A stretch of DNA of 64,000 nucleotides, from the NCBI GenBank assembly GCA_965228895.1, contig OZ245842.1, positions 2,176,001-2,240,000 on the forward strand, written 5' to 3'. This DNA is from Alphaproteobacteria bacterium. Its GTDB lineage: Bacteria > Pseudomonadota > Alphaproteobacteria > SP197. The translations under genes and the position numbers were made by a program. Every line of letters begins with the position of its first letter. Positions within the stretch are counted from its first letter, which is position 1. This document shows, one piece after another, positions 36,824 to 47,759 of this stretch. The notes under the pieces were generated by a model. It saw nothing but the letters and a program-made list of their open reading frames with translations, made no database searches and was not told the origin of the DNA.

Positions 36824-37618
36824 GTGCTGCTCAAACGCATCATGTCCGCCCTGATCATGATCCCGTTGGCCGTGGCCGCCGTGCTGCTTGGCGGCTGGTG
36901 GTTCGCGGGCGCCGCCCTGATTGTTGGCGCGATGGCGCTCTACGAATGGTTCGGGGTGACGGGTGCCAAGGCGTTGTGGGCGGCAACGGCGGCGTTGATT
37001 GCGATCTGGGTCGCCATCGCCGCCCATGGCAGCGTCGCACTGTCCGCTTACCTGCTCATCATGGGTGCCATTGGCAGTGCGTTCATATGTCTGGTGCGCG
37101 GCGGCGAGGACACTGCCAAATGGGTGGCCATCGGCTTGGCTTATGTGTCCGTTCCCATGGTGGCGTTTATCTGGTTGATCGAGACGCCAGCCGGAAGCTG
37201 GTTGATCTTGTGGCTTTTCGTTGTTGTTTGGGTGACGGATGCCGCTGCCTATGCGACAGGCCGGCTGATCGGCGGTCCTAAACTGGCGCCGGCGATCAGT
37301 CCCGGCAAGACCTGGGCAGGTGCCATTGGTGGGCTGGTCTTCGCGGTGGTTGCGGCTTTCGTTGCCACGCCCTACCTGCTGATCATGGAAACGCGCGACG
37401 CCATCATCCTTGCCGCTTCGATGTCGGTCGTCTCGCAACTAGGCGATCTCGCTGAATCCTGGGTTAAGCGCCGGTTCAACAAGAAGGACTCCGGCTCCCT
37501 GATTCCAGGTCATGGCGGTGTCATGGACCGTGTTGACGGCTTGGTCGCCGCTGGGCCGGTTTTGGCCATCGTCGTTGCGGTCAGCCCAAGCCTTGCCGCC
37601 GCCGCCGGTGCGTCGTGA
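36824..37618 (+). CDS. cdsA: Phosphatidate cytidylyltransferase
   Basis: SPGKTWAG, GDLAESWVKR...KDSG...PGHGGVMDRVD. Confidence 0.97.
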   Translation: MLLKRIMSALIMIPLAVAAVLLGGWWFAGAALIVGAMALYEWFGVTGAKALWAATAALIAIWVAIAAHGSVALSAYLLIMGAIGSAFICLVRGGEDTAKWVAIGLAYVSVPMVAFIWLIETPAGSWLILWLFVVVWVTDAAAYATGRLIGGPKLAPAISPGKTWAGAIGGLVFAVVAAFVATPYLLIMETRDAIILAASMSVVSQLGDLAESWVKRRFNKKDSGSLIPGHGGVMDRVDGLVAAGPVLAIVVAVSPSLAAAAGAS

Positions 37619-38781
37619 CGGAAGCGGCGCGGAGCGTCACGATTCTGGGCGTGACCGGATCGGTCGGCCGCAACACCGCCGATCTGATCCAGCGTGATCG
37701 CGACCGGTTCACCGTCGAGGCGGTCACCGCCAACGAGAGCGTCGATCAACTGGCGTGCATGGCCCGCGCCTTAGGCGCGCGCTGTGCCGTCATCGGTAAC
37801 GGCGACCGGTATCAAGCGCTGCGTGATGCCCTGGACGGCTCCGGCATTGAAGCGATGGCTGGTCCTGAGGCTATTGTCGAGGCGGCCGACCGGCCGTCGG
37901 ACTGGCTGATGGGTGCGATAAGCGGCGCGGCGGGGCTCAATCCCATTCTGGCTGCCATCAGGCGTGGCGCTCTTGTTGCCCTTGCCAACAAGGAAGCGCT
38001 GGTCTGTGCGGGCGATCTCGTGATGGACGAAGTCGCCGCATCGGGTGCCCGCCTTCTGCCGGTCGATTCAGAGCACAACGCGATCTATCAGGTTTTCGAT
38101 TTCGACCAGACCGCCAAGGTCGACACGTTGATTCTGACCGCGTCCGGCGGTCCATTTCGGACCTGGACCAGAGAAGCGATGGCGAGTGCGACGCCAGAGC
38201 AGGCGGTCGCGCACCCCAATTGGCAGATGGGCGACAAGATTTCGGTCGATTCCGCGACCATGATGAACAAGGGACTGGAGCTGATCGAGGCTTATCACCT
38301 GTTCCCGGTCGACGAGAGCCAGATCGAGATCGTTGTGCATCCGCAGTCAGTTATCCACAGCATGGTCAGCTATGTTGACGGTTCTGTGCTGGCGCAACTG
38401 GGGACGCCCGACATGCGCACCCCGATTGCCTATACCCTGGCCTGGCCCGCCCGGATGGTCGGTCCCAGCCAACGCCTCAATTTCGCTCAGATTGGTAGCC
38501 TAACTTTCGAAGTGCCTGATATTGAACGATTCCCGGCGTTGAAGTTGGCACGCCAAGCCTTGCAATTGGGAGGGTCGGCTCCTACTATCCTGAACGCGGC
38601 AGACGAGGTTGCGGTGGCCGGATTCCTGGCGGAAAAGATCGGGTTTCTGGACATTGTGAACGTTGTCGGTCAGACGTTGGAGCTTGTGGCGGCCCGGCCT
38701 CTGGAATCGTTGGACGATGTGGGCGAGGTTGACGCAGAAGCACGGTGCGTAGCGCGGACCCTAATCGGCAAACTTTGTTGA
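37615..38781 (+). CDS. dxr: 1-deoxy-D-xylulose 5-phosphate reductoisomerase
   Basis: LANKE, PVDSEH, TASGGPF, DSATMMNKGLE, HPQS. Confidence 0.98.
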   Translation: MTEAARSVTILGVTGSVGRNTADLIQRDRDRFTVEAVTANESVDQLACMARALGARCAVIGNGDRYQALRDALDGSGIEAMAGPEAIVEAADRPSDWLMGAISGAAGLNPILAAIRRGALVALANKEALVCAGDLVMDEVAASGARLLPVDSEHNAIYQVFDFDQTAKVDTLILTASGGPFRTWTREAMASATPEQAVAHPNWQMGDKISVDSATMMNKGLELIEAYHLFPVDESQIEIVVHPQSVIHSMVSYVDGSVLAQLGTPDMRTPIAYTLAWPARMVGPSQRLNFAQIGSLTFEVPDIERFPALKLARQALQLGGSAPTILNAADEVAVAGFLAEKIGFLDIVNVVGQTLELVAARPLESLDDVGEVDAEARCVARTLIGKLC

Positions 38782-38805
38782 AACTGAAGGTAACGGCGGT
38801 TCACG

Positions 38806-39936
38806 ATGGAGCTCTTTGAGACCGTTTGGTCATATGCCGTTCCCTTTCTCGTGGTCATCACGGTCATCGTTTTCTTCCACGAGCTCGGTCATTACCTGTT
38901 TGCGCGCCTGAACGGCGTCAGGGTCGAGGTGTTCTCGATCGGATTCGGGCGCGAGCTGTTCGGCTGGAACGACAGCCACGGCACGCGCTGGAAGGTCGCG
39001 ATCCTGCCTCTGGGCGGCTACGTCAAGATGTTCGGGCAGAGTGATGTCGGCCCGGATGGTGACGGTTCGGAGAACTGGACCGAACAGCAGAAGGCCGAAG
39101 CGTTTCCCAACAAGACGGTAATGCAGCGCTTTTGGGTCGTCCTGGGCGGCCCGCTGGCCAATTTCATCCTGGCAATCGTTTTGTTTGCCGGTGTCTTTGC
39201 CTTTGTCGGACGCAGCGAGACGCTCCCGGAAGCCAGTGTCGTACTGGAGGACAGCGCCGCCGAGCGTGCCGGCATCCAGGCCGGCGACATGATCGTCGCC
39301 ATCGACGGCCAGCTCATCGAGCGCTTTGACGACCTGCAATACATGATCAGCACCCGGCCGGGCGTCCCGTTGAGCGTTGAGGTTTTGCGCGATGGCGAGA
39401 CCGTCAGGCTGGAGGTCGTGCCCGACGCGGTGATGGAGGTCGATGACCTTGGCAACGAACGCGAAGTCGGCCGGCTGGGCATCAGCACCACCAGTGTCAT
39501 TTTCGAGCGTGTGCCCGTGGGCGAAGCCATCTGGGGCGGTGTCGAGGAGACGCTCCGTTGGACGACCCGGATCTTCGATTTTCTGGGGCAGGTGATCACC
39601 GGCAATCAGAGTTCGAAGGACTTGGCCGGTCCCCTGGGCATAGCACAGATGTCGGGAACGGTGGCTGAGTACGGGGTTGCCAACCTTGTGATGTTCATGG
39701 CCATTTTGTCGGTGAATCTGGGTCTGATTAATCTATTTCCGATTCCGATGCTCGACGGCGGCCATTTGCTGTTCTACATCATCGAGGCCGTGAGGGGTCG
39801 GCCACTGAGTGAACGAGCGCAGGAGTACGGTTTCATGGTGGGTTTAGGACTGGTGGGGGCCCTGTTCCTTTTTGTCACCTTCAATGATCTGACGCGCTTT
39901 GGCCTTGTAGATTACCTCTCCCGACTGGTGTCTTAG
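38806..39936 (+). CDS. rseP: Site-2 intramembrane metalloprotease RseP (single PDZ)
   Basis: HELGH, GFG, PLGGYV, NLFPIPMLDGG. Confidence 0.96.
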   Translation: MELFETVWSYAVPFLVVITVIVFFHELGHYLFARLNGVRVEVFSIGFGRELFGWNDSHGTRWKVAILPLGGYVKMFGQSDVGPDGDGSENWTEQQKAEAFPNKTVMQRFWVVLGGPLANFILAIVLFAGVFAFVGRSETLPEASVVLEDSAAERAGIQAGDMIVAIDGQLIERFDDLQYMISTRPGVPLSVEVLRDGETVRLEVVPDAVMEVDDLGNEREVGRLGISTTSVIFERVPVGEAIWGGVEETLRWTTRIFDFLGQVITGNQSSKDLAGPLGIAQMSGTVAEYGVANLVMFMAILSVNLGLINLFPIPMLDGGHLLFYIIEAVRGRPLSERAQEYGFMVGLGLVGALFLFVTFNDLTRFGLVDYLSRLVS

Positions 39937-39945
39937 GTCTTCGTC

Positions 39946-42237
39946 GTGGCGGGAGGATCTGTTCTGCGAGGCGCGCTATGCCTCTTTCTGGCATGGCTGG
40001 TTTTTGCCGGCACCGCGCCGTCGAGCGCTCAGGCTCAGACGTCGCAGATCATTGAACAGATCGTTGTTGAGGGTAATCAGCGTATCGAGCCGGAGACGAT
40101 CGCCGGCTACATGACGATCCAAGCCGGTGATGCCTTTGATCTGCGCCGCATCGACGAGTCCCTGAAAAGCCTGTTTGCGACCGGCCTTTTCGCCGACATC
40201 AACATCCGCCGTGAGGGCGACGATCTGGTCGTGCGCGTGGTCGAAAACCCGATCATCAATCGGATTGCTTTTGAAGGTAACCAGTCGATCGATTCCGAAG
40301 AGTTGGAAGCCGAGATTCAGCTTCGCCCACGCACGGTTTACACACGCACCAAGGTGCAAAACGACGTCGCCCGCATCCTGGAAGTCTACCGCCGTGACGG
40401 CCGCTTCTCGGCGACTGTCGAACCAAAGGTCATTCGCCAGGATCAAAACCGTGTCGATCTGGTGTTCGAGATCGACGAAGGCGAGCCGACCCTGATCCGC
40501 GAAATCAACTTTATCGGCAACATCGAGTATTCCGACAGCACGCTGCGCGAGCAGATCATTACGAAAGAATCGGCCTGGTACCGTTTCCTTTCGAGCGACG
40601 ATACCTATGACCCCGACAGGTTGGCCTTCGACCGCGAACTTCTGCGGCGCTTCTATTTGTCGGAAGGTTTCGCAGATTTTCGCGTCGTGTCCGTTGTGGC
40701 CGACCTGACGCCAGATCGCGAGGACTTCTTCATCACCTTCACGATCGAAGAGGGGCCGCGCTACGAATTCGGTGAGGTCACGGTAGTCAGCGAGTTGCGC
40801 GGCGTCGAGGCCGAGGAGGTCGAAGGTCTGATCGAGACCGATCCTGGCGACTGGTATGATGCTGACGAGGTTGAAGAGGTCGTCGACAGCATCACTGAAG
40901 ATCTGGGTGCTAAGGGTTTCGCCTTCGTCGATGTCGTGCCGCGGGCCGAGCGCGATCGCGAAAACCTGTTGGTCAACGTGGAGTACCTGATCCGCGAAGG
41001 GTCGCGAATCTACGTCGAGAGGATCAACATCTTCGGCAACGTGCGAACGCACGATGAGGTGATCCGTCGCGAGTTCAAACTGGCTGAAGGCGACGCGTTC
41101 AACGTTGCACGGCTTCGTCGCTCCGAGACCCGGGTGCGCGGCCTCGACTTCTTCAGCGAGGTTGTTGTAACGACCGAGCCGGGAACGCAGCCTGACACGG
41201 TGATCATCAACACGGAGGTGGTCGAAAAGTCGACCGGTGACCTGACTTTGGGTGCGGGTTTCTCGACCTTTGACAATCTGTTGTTCAATGTGTCGCTGCG
41301 TGAACGAAACCTGTTGGGTGAAGGTCAGACGCTCGTCATCTCATTGGCGCTGTCCGGTCGCCGGCAAGACATTGATCTCAGCTTTACCGAGCCTTATTTC
41401 CTCGACCGCGAACTTGAGGCCGGCTTCGACGTGTTCCGGCGGCGATTGGATCTGCAGGATGAGGCATCTTTCACCCAAGAAAACTTAGGCTTTGTTCTGC
41501 GCACCAAGTTCCCGATCACCGAACACTTGGATAACACCTGGTACTATACGTTGAATGAGGTAACGATCTCGGATGTCGAGTCCGATGCATCACGGCTGAT
41601 CCAGGAACAGGAAGGAACGGCCCTGACGTCGGCAATCGGTCAGCAGCTTGACTATGACCGGCGCGATGACCCGCTGAACCCGACGAGCGGTTACCTGCTG
41701 CAACAGGGTACCGATTTCGCCGGTCTGGGTGGCGACGTGAAGTATCTGCGCAACCGGTTGGGTGCGACCTACTATTATCCGTTCGCGGTTGATTGGACGG
41801 GTATTGCGAAGACGGAGGTGGGTTACATCGAAGGCCTGTTCGATGAGGATGTCCGGATCAACGATCGCTTCTTCGTTGGTGGTGCCAGCCTGCGCGGTTT
41901 TGAGCCGGCCGGTATTGGCCCCCGCGACCTGACCACCGATGACGCCTTGGGCGGCAACTTCTTCTGGACTGGCTCATTGGAGTTGACCGTGCCGCTTGGT
42001 CTGCCCAAGGAATTGGGTTTGACCGGCAGCGTCTTCACTGACTGGGGCACACTTTATGATTCGGACTCGAGCGGTCCTGAGGTCGTCGACGACAAGTCGG
42101 TCCGCGGCTCTGTCGGCATTGGCCTGGCCTATCAGTCGCCGTTCGGTCCGTTGCGTTTGGATTTTGCCCAGGCGGTCGTCGACGAAGACTATGATAAGAC
42201 TGAGTTCTTTAGGTTTAGCTTCGGGACCTCGTTCTGA
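39946..42237 (+). CDS. bamA: Outer membrane protein assembly factor BamA
   Basis: Signal peptide, POTRA repeats, SLRGF loop motif, SPFGPL, C-terminal F. Confidence 0.98.
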   Translation: MAGGSVLRGALCLFLAWLVFAGTAPSSAQAQTSQIIEQIVVEGNQRIEPETIAGYMTIQAGDAFDLRRIDESLKSLFATGLFADINIRREGDDLVVRVVENPIINRIAFEGNQSIDSEELEAEIQLRPRTVYTRTKVQNDVARILEVYRRDGRFSATVEPKVIRQDQNRVDLVFEIDEGEPTLIREINFIGNIEYSDSTLREQIITKESAWYRFLSSDDTYDPDRLAFDRELLRRFYLSEGFADFRVVSVVADLTPDREDFFITFTIEEGPRYEFGEVTVVSELRGVEAEEVEGLIETDPGDWYDADEVEEVVDSITEDLGAKGFAFVDVVPRAERDRENLLVNVEYLIREGSRIYVERINIFGNVRTHDEVIRREFKLAEGDAFNVARLRRSETRVRGLDFFSEVVVTTEPGTQPDTVIINTEVVEKSTGDLTLGAGFSTFDNLLFNVSLRERNLLGEGQTLVISLALSGRRQDIDLSFTEPYFLDRELEAGFDVFRRRLDLQDEASFTQENLGFVLRTKFPITEHLDNTWYYTLNEVTISDVESDASRLIQEQEGTALTSAIGQQLDYDRRDDPLNPTSGYLLQQGTDFAGLGGDVKYLRNRLGATYYYPFAVDWTGIAKTEVGYIEGLFDEDVRINDRFFVGGASLRGFEPAGIGPRDLTTDDALGGNFFWTGSLELTVPLGLPKELGLTGSVFTDWGTLYDSDSSGPEVVDDKSVRGSVGIGLAYQSPFGPLRLDFAQAVVDEDYDKTEFFRFSFGTSF

Positions 42238-42818
42238 TGCGCGGGTCGGCATCGACACGGCGAACCTATGGACTGCTATTCGCTTGTGCATTGTTTGCGG
42301 CGGTCGGGGGATTGGTGGCGACGCCCGCACTTGCCCAAGAGGCCCAACCGACGGTCATCGCAGTGGCGGATGTTCAGCGCCTTTTGCGCGAGTCGACCGC
42401 TGGCGCGAGTTTGGAGGGGCAGCTGACCGAGATGCGGGCATCGCTCGCTGCCCTCGTTGCCGAGCGCGAGCAGGCGCTGCGACAGCAAGAGCAGGAACTT
42501 CAAGAGCAGTCTTCGATCCTGGCACCGGAGACATTTGCCGAACGTCGGCGAGCCTTTGAAGAGGACGTGATCGAGTTCCAACGCGACGTGCGCGAACGCC
42601 AACGCACGGTGGATGAGGCATATGGCGAGGGCCTCAACCAGATTCGCTTGGCGATCATCGAGATCCTGCAGCAGATGGTCGAAGAGCGCGGCTATGATCT
42701 CATTCTGCCCCAAGCACAGATACTGGTTGGAAGCCGTGAACTCGACATCACCGATGACGTGTTGACCGAATTGGACCGGCGGGTGCCGACCATCACCATA
42801 AGCATCGAAGAGAACTGA
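42237..42818 (+). CDS. skp: OmpH/Skp family periplasmic chaperone
   Basis: Signal peptide, IAVADV, coiled coil, DITDDVL; between bamA and lpxD. Confidence 0.88.
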   Translation: MRGSASTRRTYGLLFACALFAAVGGLVATPALAQEAQPTVIAVADVQRLLRESTAGASLEGQLTEMRASLAALVAEREQALRQQEQELQEQSSILAPETFAERRRAFEEDVIEFQRDVRERQRTVDEAYGEGLNQIRLAIIEILQQMVEERGYDLILPQAQILVGSRELDITDDVLTELDRRVPTITISIEEN

Positions 42819-42819
42819 C

Positions 42820-43836
<1,017 letters not shown>

Positions 43837-43844
43837 ATGGGGGC

Positions 43845-44333
43845 ATGAACAAGCAGCCGGCCAAGGACATCAACCCACAGACGGGCGATACGATCGAAGC
43901 CATCGATGTCGAGCGGATCATGCAAATGATCCCGCACCGCTATCCGTTTTTGATGATCGACAGGGTCGTCGAGATCATTCCCAATGTAAGCGCCATCGGC
44001 GTCAAGAACGTCTCGATCAACGAGCCGCAGTTCCAAGGACATTTCCCCAGCCACCCTGTGATGCCGGGTGTCTTGATCATCGAAGCCATGGCGCAGTCCG
44101 CAGCGGTGCTGGTGGTTCAGACTCTCGGTAAAGACTTCGAAGGCAAGCTGGTCTATTTCATGTCGGTTGATTCCGCGCGCTTCCGCAAACCGGTCATTCC
44201 CGGCAACGTCATGTATGTTCACGTGTCGAAGAAGCGCAACCGTGGCCCGGTCTGGAAGTTTGAGGCCGAGGCGAAGGTCGACGACGTGGTGGTAGCGGAT
44301 GCGACCTATTCTGCGATGATTCTGGATAGCTGA
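43845..44333 (+). CDS. fabZ: 3-hydroxyacyl-ACP dehydratase
   Basis: PHRYPFL, GHFP..PVMPGVLIIEAMAQ. Confidence 0.97.
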   Translation: MNKQPAKDINPQTGDTIEAIDVERIMQMIPHRYPFLMIDRVVEIIPNVSAIGVKNVSINEPQFQGHFPSHPVMPGVLIIEAMAQSAAVLVVQTLGKDFEGKLVYFMSVDSARFRKPVIPGNVMYVHVSKKRNRGPVWKFEAEAKVDDVVVADATYSAMILDS

Positions 44334-44338
44334 CGACC

Positions 44339-45139
44339 ATGGCGTCCATTCATCCGACCGCGGAGGTCGATGCTAAAGCACAACTGGGTGACGACGTCGC
44401 CGTCGGGGCTTACTGCGTCATCGGGCCCGATGTTGTCCTTGGCGACGGCGTCATGTTGGAAGCCCATGTGGTGATCGGCGGCGACACCGCGATTGGTGCG
44501 CGCACGCATATCTTTCCGTTTGCCTCCATCGGCCTGAAGCCCCAGGACCTGAAGTACCGCGGTGAAGCCTCAAAACTCGTCATCGGCGCGGACAATCAAA
44601 TCCGCGAGCACGTGACGATGAACCCGGGCACCGCAGGTGGCGGCGCCGTGACGCGCGTGGGCGACGGCTGCCTTTTTATGGTCGGCGCGCACGTTGCTCA
44701 TGACTGCCAGATCGGTAACAGCGTGATCATGGCCAACAACGCCACGCTGGGCGGCCATGTCGTGATCGAGGACTTCGCCATCATCGGTGGGCTGGCGGCG
44801 ATCCATCAGTTCGTTCGTATTGGCCGTCATGCCATGGTCGGCGGCATGTCGGGGGTTGAGCAGGACGTCATCCCCTTCGGCTCGGTCATGGGCGACCGAG
44901 CCCATTTGAGCGGGCTTAACCTGGTTGGTCTGAAGCGGCACGACTTCACCCGCGACGACATTCACGCCTTGCGCACCGCCTACCGCTTGTTGTTTGCCGA
45001 TGAAGGCACAATGGCTGAACGTTTGGACGACGTTGAGGATGTCTTGGGCACATCGTCAGCGGTCCGCCAGATTGTCGACTTCATGAAACTGCAGAGCCAG
45101 CGCGGCGTGTGTCAGCCGCGAGACGGGCATGCCGCCTAA
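44339..45139 (+). CDS. lpxA: UDP-N-acetylglucosamine O-acyltransferase
   Basis: IHPTA, PQDLKY, HVAHDC, HQFVRIG. Confidence 0.98.
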   Translation: MASIHPTAEVDAKAQLGDDVAVGAYCVIGPDVVLGDGVMLEAHVVIGGDTAIGARTHIFPFASIGLKPQDLKYRGEASKLVIGADNQIREHVTMNPGTAGGGAVTRVGDGCLFMVGAHVAHDCQIGNSVIMANNATLGGHVVIEDFAIIGGLAAIHQFVRIGRHAMVGGMSGVEQDVIPFGSVMGDRAHLSGLNLVGLKRHDFTRDDIHALRTAYRLLFADEGTMAERLDDVEDVLGTSSAVRQIVDFMKLQSQRGVCQPRDGHAA

Positions 45140-45953
45140 ACTCGGAATCGTGGCCGGTGGCGGCACGCTGCCGGCACATCTCGCGCGGGCGTGCCAGCAA
45201 GCCGGGCGCGAGGTCTTTATCGTCGCGTTGAAAGGCCATGCCGATCCAGACGCCATCAGCCATCTGCCGCATGCCTGGGTGCGTCTAGGCGGTGCCGGCA
45301 AAGCCATTGAGCTGTTGCGTCAACACGATGTCGAGGAAATCGTCCTGGCCGGTGACGTCAGGCGGCCGTCCTTGGCTGAGCTGAAACCGGACCTCAGGAC
45401 AGTGCGGTTCGCCGCCAAGGGTTTCTTTAAGCAGGGCGACGACGGCCTGCTCGGCGCCGTGGTCAAGGCTTTGGAGGACGAGGAGGGGTTCCGCGTTCTC
45501 GGCGTGCAAGAGCTTATGGGCGGACTGTTGGCTCGCGAGGGTGATCTTGGCCGGATGTCTCCGAACGAGCGCGATCTCGCCGATATTGCCCGTGGAGTCG
45601 CCATTCTCGATAGTCTGGCTGGCGGCGATGTCGGTCAGGCAGTTGTCGTTCAAGACGGCATTGTGCTTGGCATCGAAGCCGTCGAGGGCACCGATGGCCT
45701 CATCGCGCGTTGTGGCGTGTTGCGGCGCGATGCGCGCGGCCCGGTTCTCGTCAAACTGCCAAAGCGCGGCCAGGAACAGCGGATCGACATGCCGACGATC
45801 GGCCCCCGAACGGTCGAGGCGATGCTGGAAGCGGAGTTTGTCGGTCTCGCGGTGGCGGCTGGCGAGACCCTTATCGTCGATGCGGACGAGGTTATCGACA
45901 AGGCGGACGAAGGCGGTTTGTTTCTGTATGGCCTGTCACGCGGCGCGGCCTGA
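45129..45953 (+). CDS. lpxI: UDP-2,3-diacylglucosamine pyrophosphatase LpxI
   Basis: GIVAGGG, DVGQ, EAVEGTD, DMPTIG; between lpxA and lpxB. Confidence 0.93.
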   Translation: MPPKLGIVAGGGTLPAHLARACQQAGREVFIVALKGHADPDAISHLPHAWVRLGGAGKAIELLRQHDVEEIVLAGDVRRPSLAELKPDLRTVRFAAKGFFKQGDDGLLGAVVKALEDEEGFRVLGVQELMGGLLAREGDLGRMSPNERDLADIARGVAILDSLAGGDVGQAVVVQDGIVLGIEAVEGTDGLIARCGVLRRDARGPVLVKLPKRGQEQRIDMPTIGPRTVEAMLEAEFVGLAVAAGETLIVDADEVIDKADEGGLFLYGLSRGAA

Positions 45954-45962
45954 ATCCACGCC

Positions 45963-47123
45963 ATGGAACCGCTCGTCTATCTGATCGCCGGCGAGCCGTC
46001 CGGCGATGTGCTGGGCGCTCGCCTGATCGAGGGTTTGCGTGAGCTGACCGATGGCAAAGTCCGCATTGCCGGCATCGGCGGCCCGTTGATGGAGGCGGAA
46101 GGTCTCGACAGCCTGTTTCCGATCGACGCGCTCAGCATCATGGGCATCGCGGAAATCGTGCCGAGTCTTCCCAAAGTCATGGGGCTCATTCGCCGCACAG
46201 CCGCCGACATCAAGCAGCGCCGGCCCGATGTCGTTGTCGCGATCGACTCAAAGACATTCTGTTACTGGGTGGCGCGAAAATTGAAACCGGCGCCGTGTCC
46301 GCTCGTCCAGTATGTCGCGCCGACGGTATGGGCCTGGAGGCCGTGGCGTGCCAAACAACTGGCGAGGCTGTTCGACCGCGTGCTCATGCTGTTCCCGTTT
46401 GAAAAACCCTACTTCGATAACGTGGGGCTCGACGCCGTTTTTGTTGGTCATCCCGCTGCGACACTGGCGATTGAGTCCGAGGCGGGCCAAGTCTTTCGTG
46501 GCCAGCATGACATCGGCGCCGAAACCAAGGTTGTCTGTTTGTTGCCGGGCAGCCGGCGAGGCGAGGTGACCAGATTGCTCCCCGTGTTTGAGAAGACAGT
46601 CGGGCTGCTGGCTGAGAGCCATCCAGGTGTACGTTTTCTCATGCCAACGGTCCCGCATCTCGCTGAGATGGTGCGTCAGACAGTCAGTACATGGCCGCAG
46701 CCCGTGACCATTCTGGTTGGCGACGAACACCAGAAACGTGGCGCCTACGCGGCCAGTGACGTTGCGCTGGCGGCGTCCGGCACCGTCGCTCTGGAGCTCG
46801 CTGCGGCTGGCCTGCCGGGCGTCATCGCGTACCGGGTTCATCCGCTGACCGCGATGATCGTCAGGCGAGTCGTCCGCGTGCCGTATGCCGCGCTCGTCAA
46901 CATAATCGAGGGGCGCGAGGTCATGCCCGAGTTTCTTCAAGAATACTGCGATCCCGTGGACCTAGCCGAGACCATTGGCAGGCTTCTGGACGATGCTTCC
47001 CTGCGGGATGATCAACGGATCGCTATGGCGCATGTCATGGAACAGCTGGGCAAGGGCGGCGAGCCGCCACACTTGCGGGCGGCCCGCGCGGTCCTGGATC
47101 TGTTGCCGTCGGACGTCCGCTAG
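45963..47123 (+). CDS. lpxB: Lipid-A-disaccharide synthase
   Basis: AGEPSGD, VWAWR, FVGHP, LPGSR, SGT. Confidence 0.97.
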   Translation: MEPLVYLIAGEPSGDVLGARLIEGLRELTDGKVRIAGIGGPLMEAEGLDSLFPIDALSIMGIAEIVPSLPKVMGLIRRTAADIKQRRPDVVVAIDSKTFCYWVARKLKPAPCPLVQYVAPTVWAWRPWRAKQLARLFDRVLMLFPFEKPYFDNVGLDAVFVGHPAATLAIESEAGQVFRGQHDIGAETKVVCLLPGSRRGEVTRLLPVFEKTVGLLAESHPGVRFLMPTVPHLAEMVRQTVSTWPQPVTILVGDEHQKRGAYAASDVALAASGTVALELAAAGLPGVIAYRVHPLTAMIVRRVVRVPYAALVNIIEGREVMPEFLQEYCDPVDLAETIGRLLDDASLRDDQRIAMAHVMEQLGKGGEPPHLRAARAVLDLLPSDVR

Positions 47124-47124
47124 A

Positions 47125-47544
47125 CTACCACTCGCCGGTGTTTTCCATCGATGCCCAGGGTTCCTGGGGCGCCAACGAGTCACCCTTTTGCAGGAGCTCG
47201 ATCGAGATGTTGTCGGGTGAACGGATGAAGGCCATGTGGCCGTCGCGCGGCGGACGGTTGATGGTAACCCCGGCATCCATCAGCTTCTGGCAGACGCCAT
47301 AGATGTCGTCGACCTCATAGGCCAGATGGCCAAAATTCCGGCCGCCATCATAAGCCTCGGGATCCCAGTTATAGGTCAGCTCGACCTGGGCATCCTCATT
47401 CTCATCAGCGCCTAGAAAGACCAGAGTGAAACGGCCCTTCTCGTTCTCGTAGCGGTCGATTTCGCGCAGGCCCAGCTTGTTGCAATAGAAATCGAGCGAC
47501 TGGTCGAGATCGGTGACGCGAACCATGGTGTGGAGGTAACGCAT
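47125..47544 (-). CDS. gloA: Lactoylglutathione lyase (glyoxalase I, VOC family)
   Basis: [26 protein letters not shown]; AAAGGA SD. Confidence 0.9.
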   Translation of the reverse strand: MRYLHTMVRVTDLDQSLDFYCNKLGLREIDRYENEKGRFTLVFLGADENEDAQVELTYNWDPEAYDGGRNFGHLAYEVDDIYGVCQKLMDAGVTINRPPRDGHMAFIRSPDNISIELLQKGDSLAPQEPWASMENTGEW

Positions 47545-47558
47545 ACGATTCCTTTCGG

Positions 47559-47750
47559 TCAGATAAGAAAGGCAGCCAGAATGACCAAGGCCAGAAGAAC
47601 AATGACGGCCATCGACGTCAGGCGGCCGATCGACGAGGACGTCGGCCGGCGATTGTCATTGGCTGCCGGTGCGACGCGCATGAGCCGCCGCGTTGCGCGG
47701 TCCGGCGTGCGGTACGCTTCGTTTTGCCGTTGTATCGGCTTGGGCGACAT
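47559..47750 (-). CDS. Hypothetical 63-aa tail-anchored membrane protein with an AANDN motif
   Basis: Fills the gltA-gloA gap co-directionally (9 nt after the gltA stop, 14 nt before gloA); C-terminal hydrophobic helix [17 protein letters not shown]. Confidence 0.55.
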   Translation of the reverse strand: MSPKPIQRQNEAYRTPDRATRRLMRVAPAANDNRRPTSSSIGRLTSMAVIVLLALVILAAFLI

Positions 47751-47759
47751 CGGCGGCTA

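Noticed and set aside
47640-47680. Possible tmRNA (ssrA) gene or fragment, because the minus strand encodes AANDN
   Set aside because: No tRNA-like acceptor or T-arm nearby, and the frame continues into a TM helix instead of ending in an AA degron.
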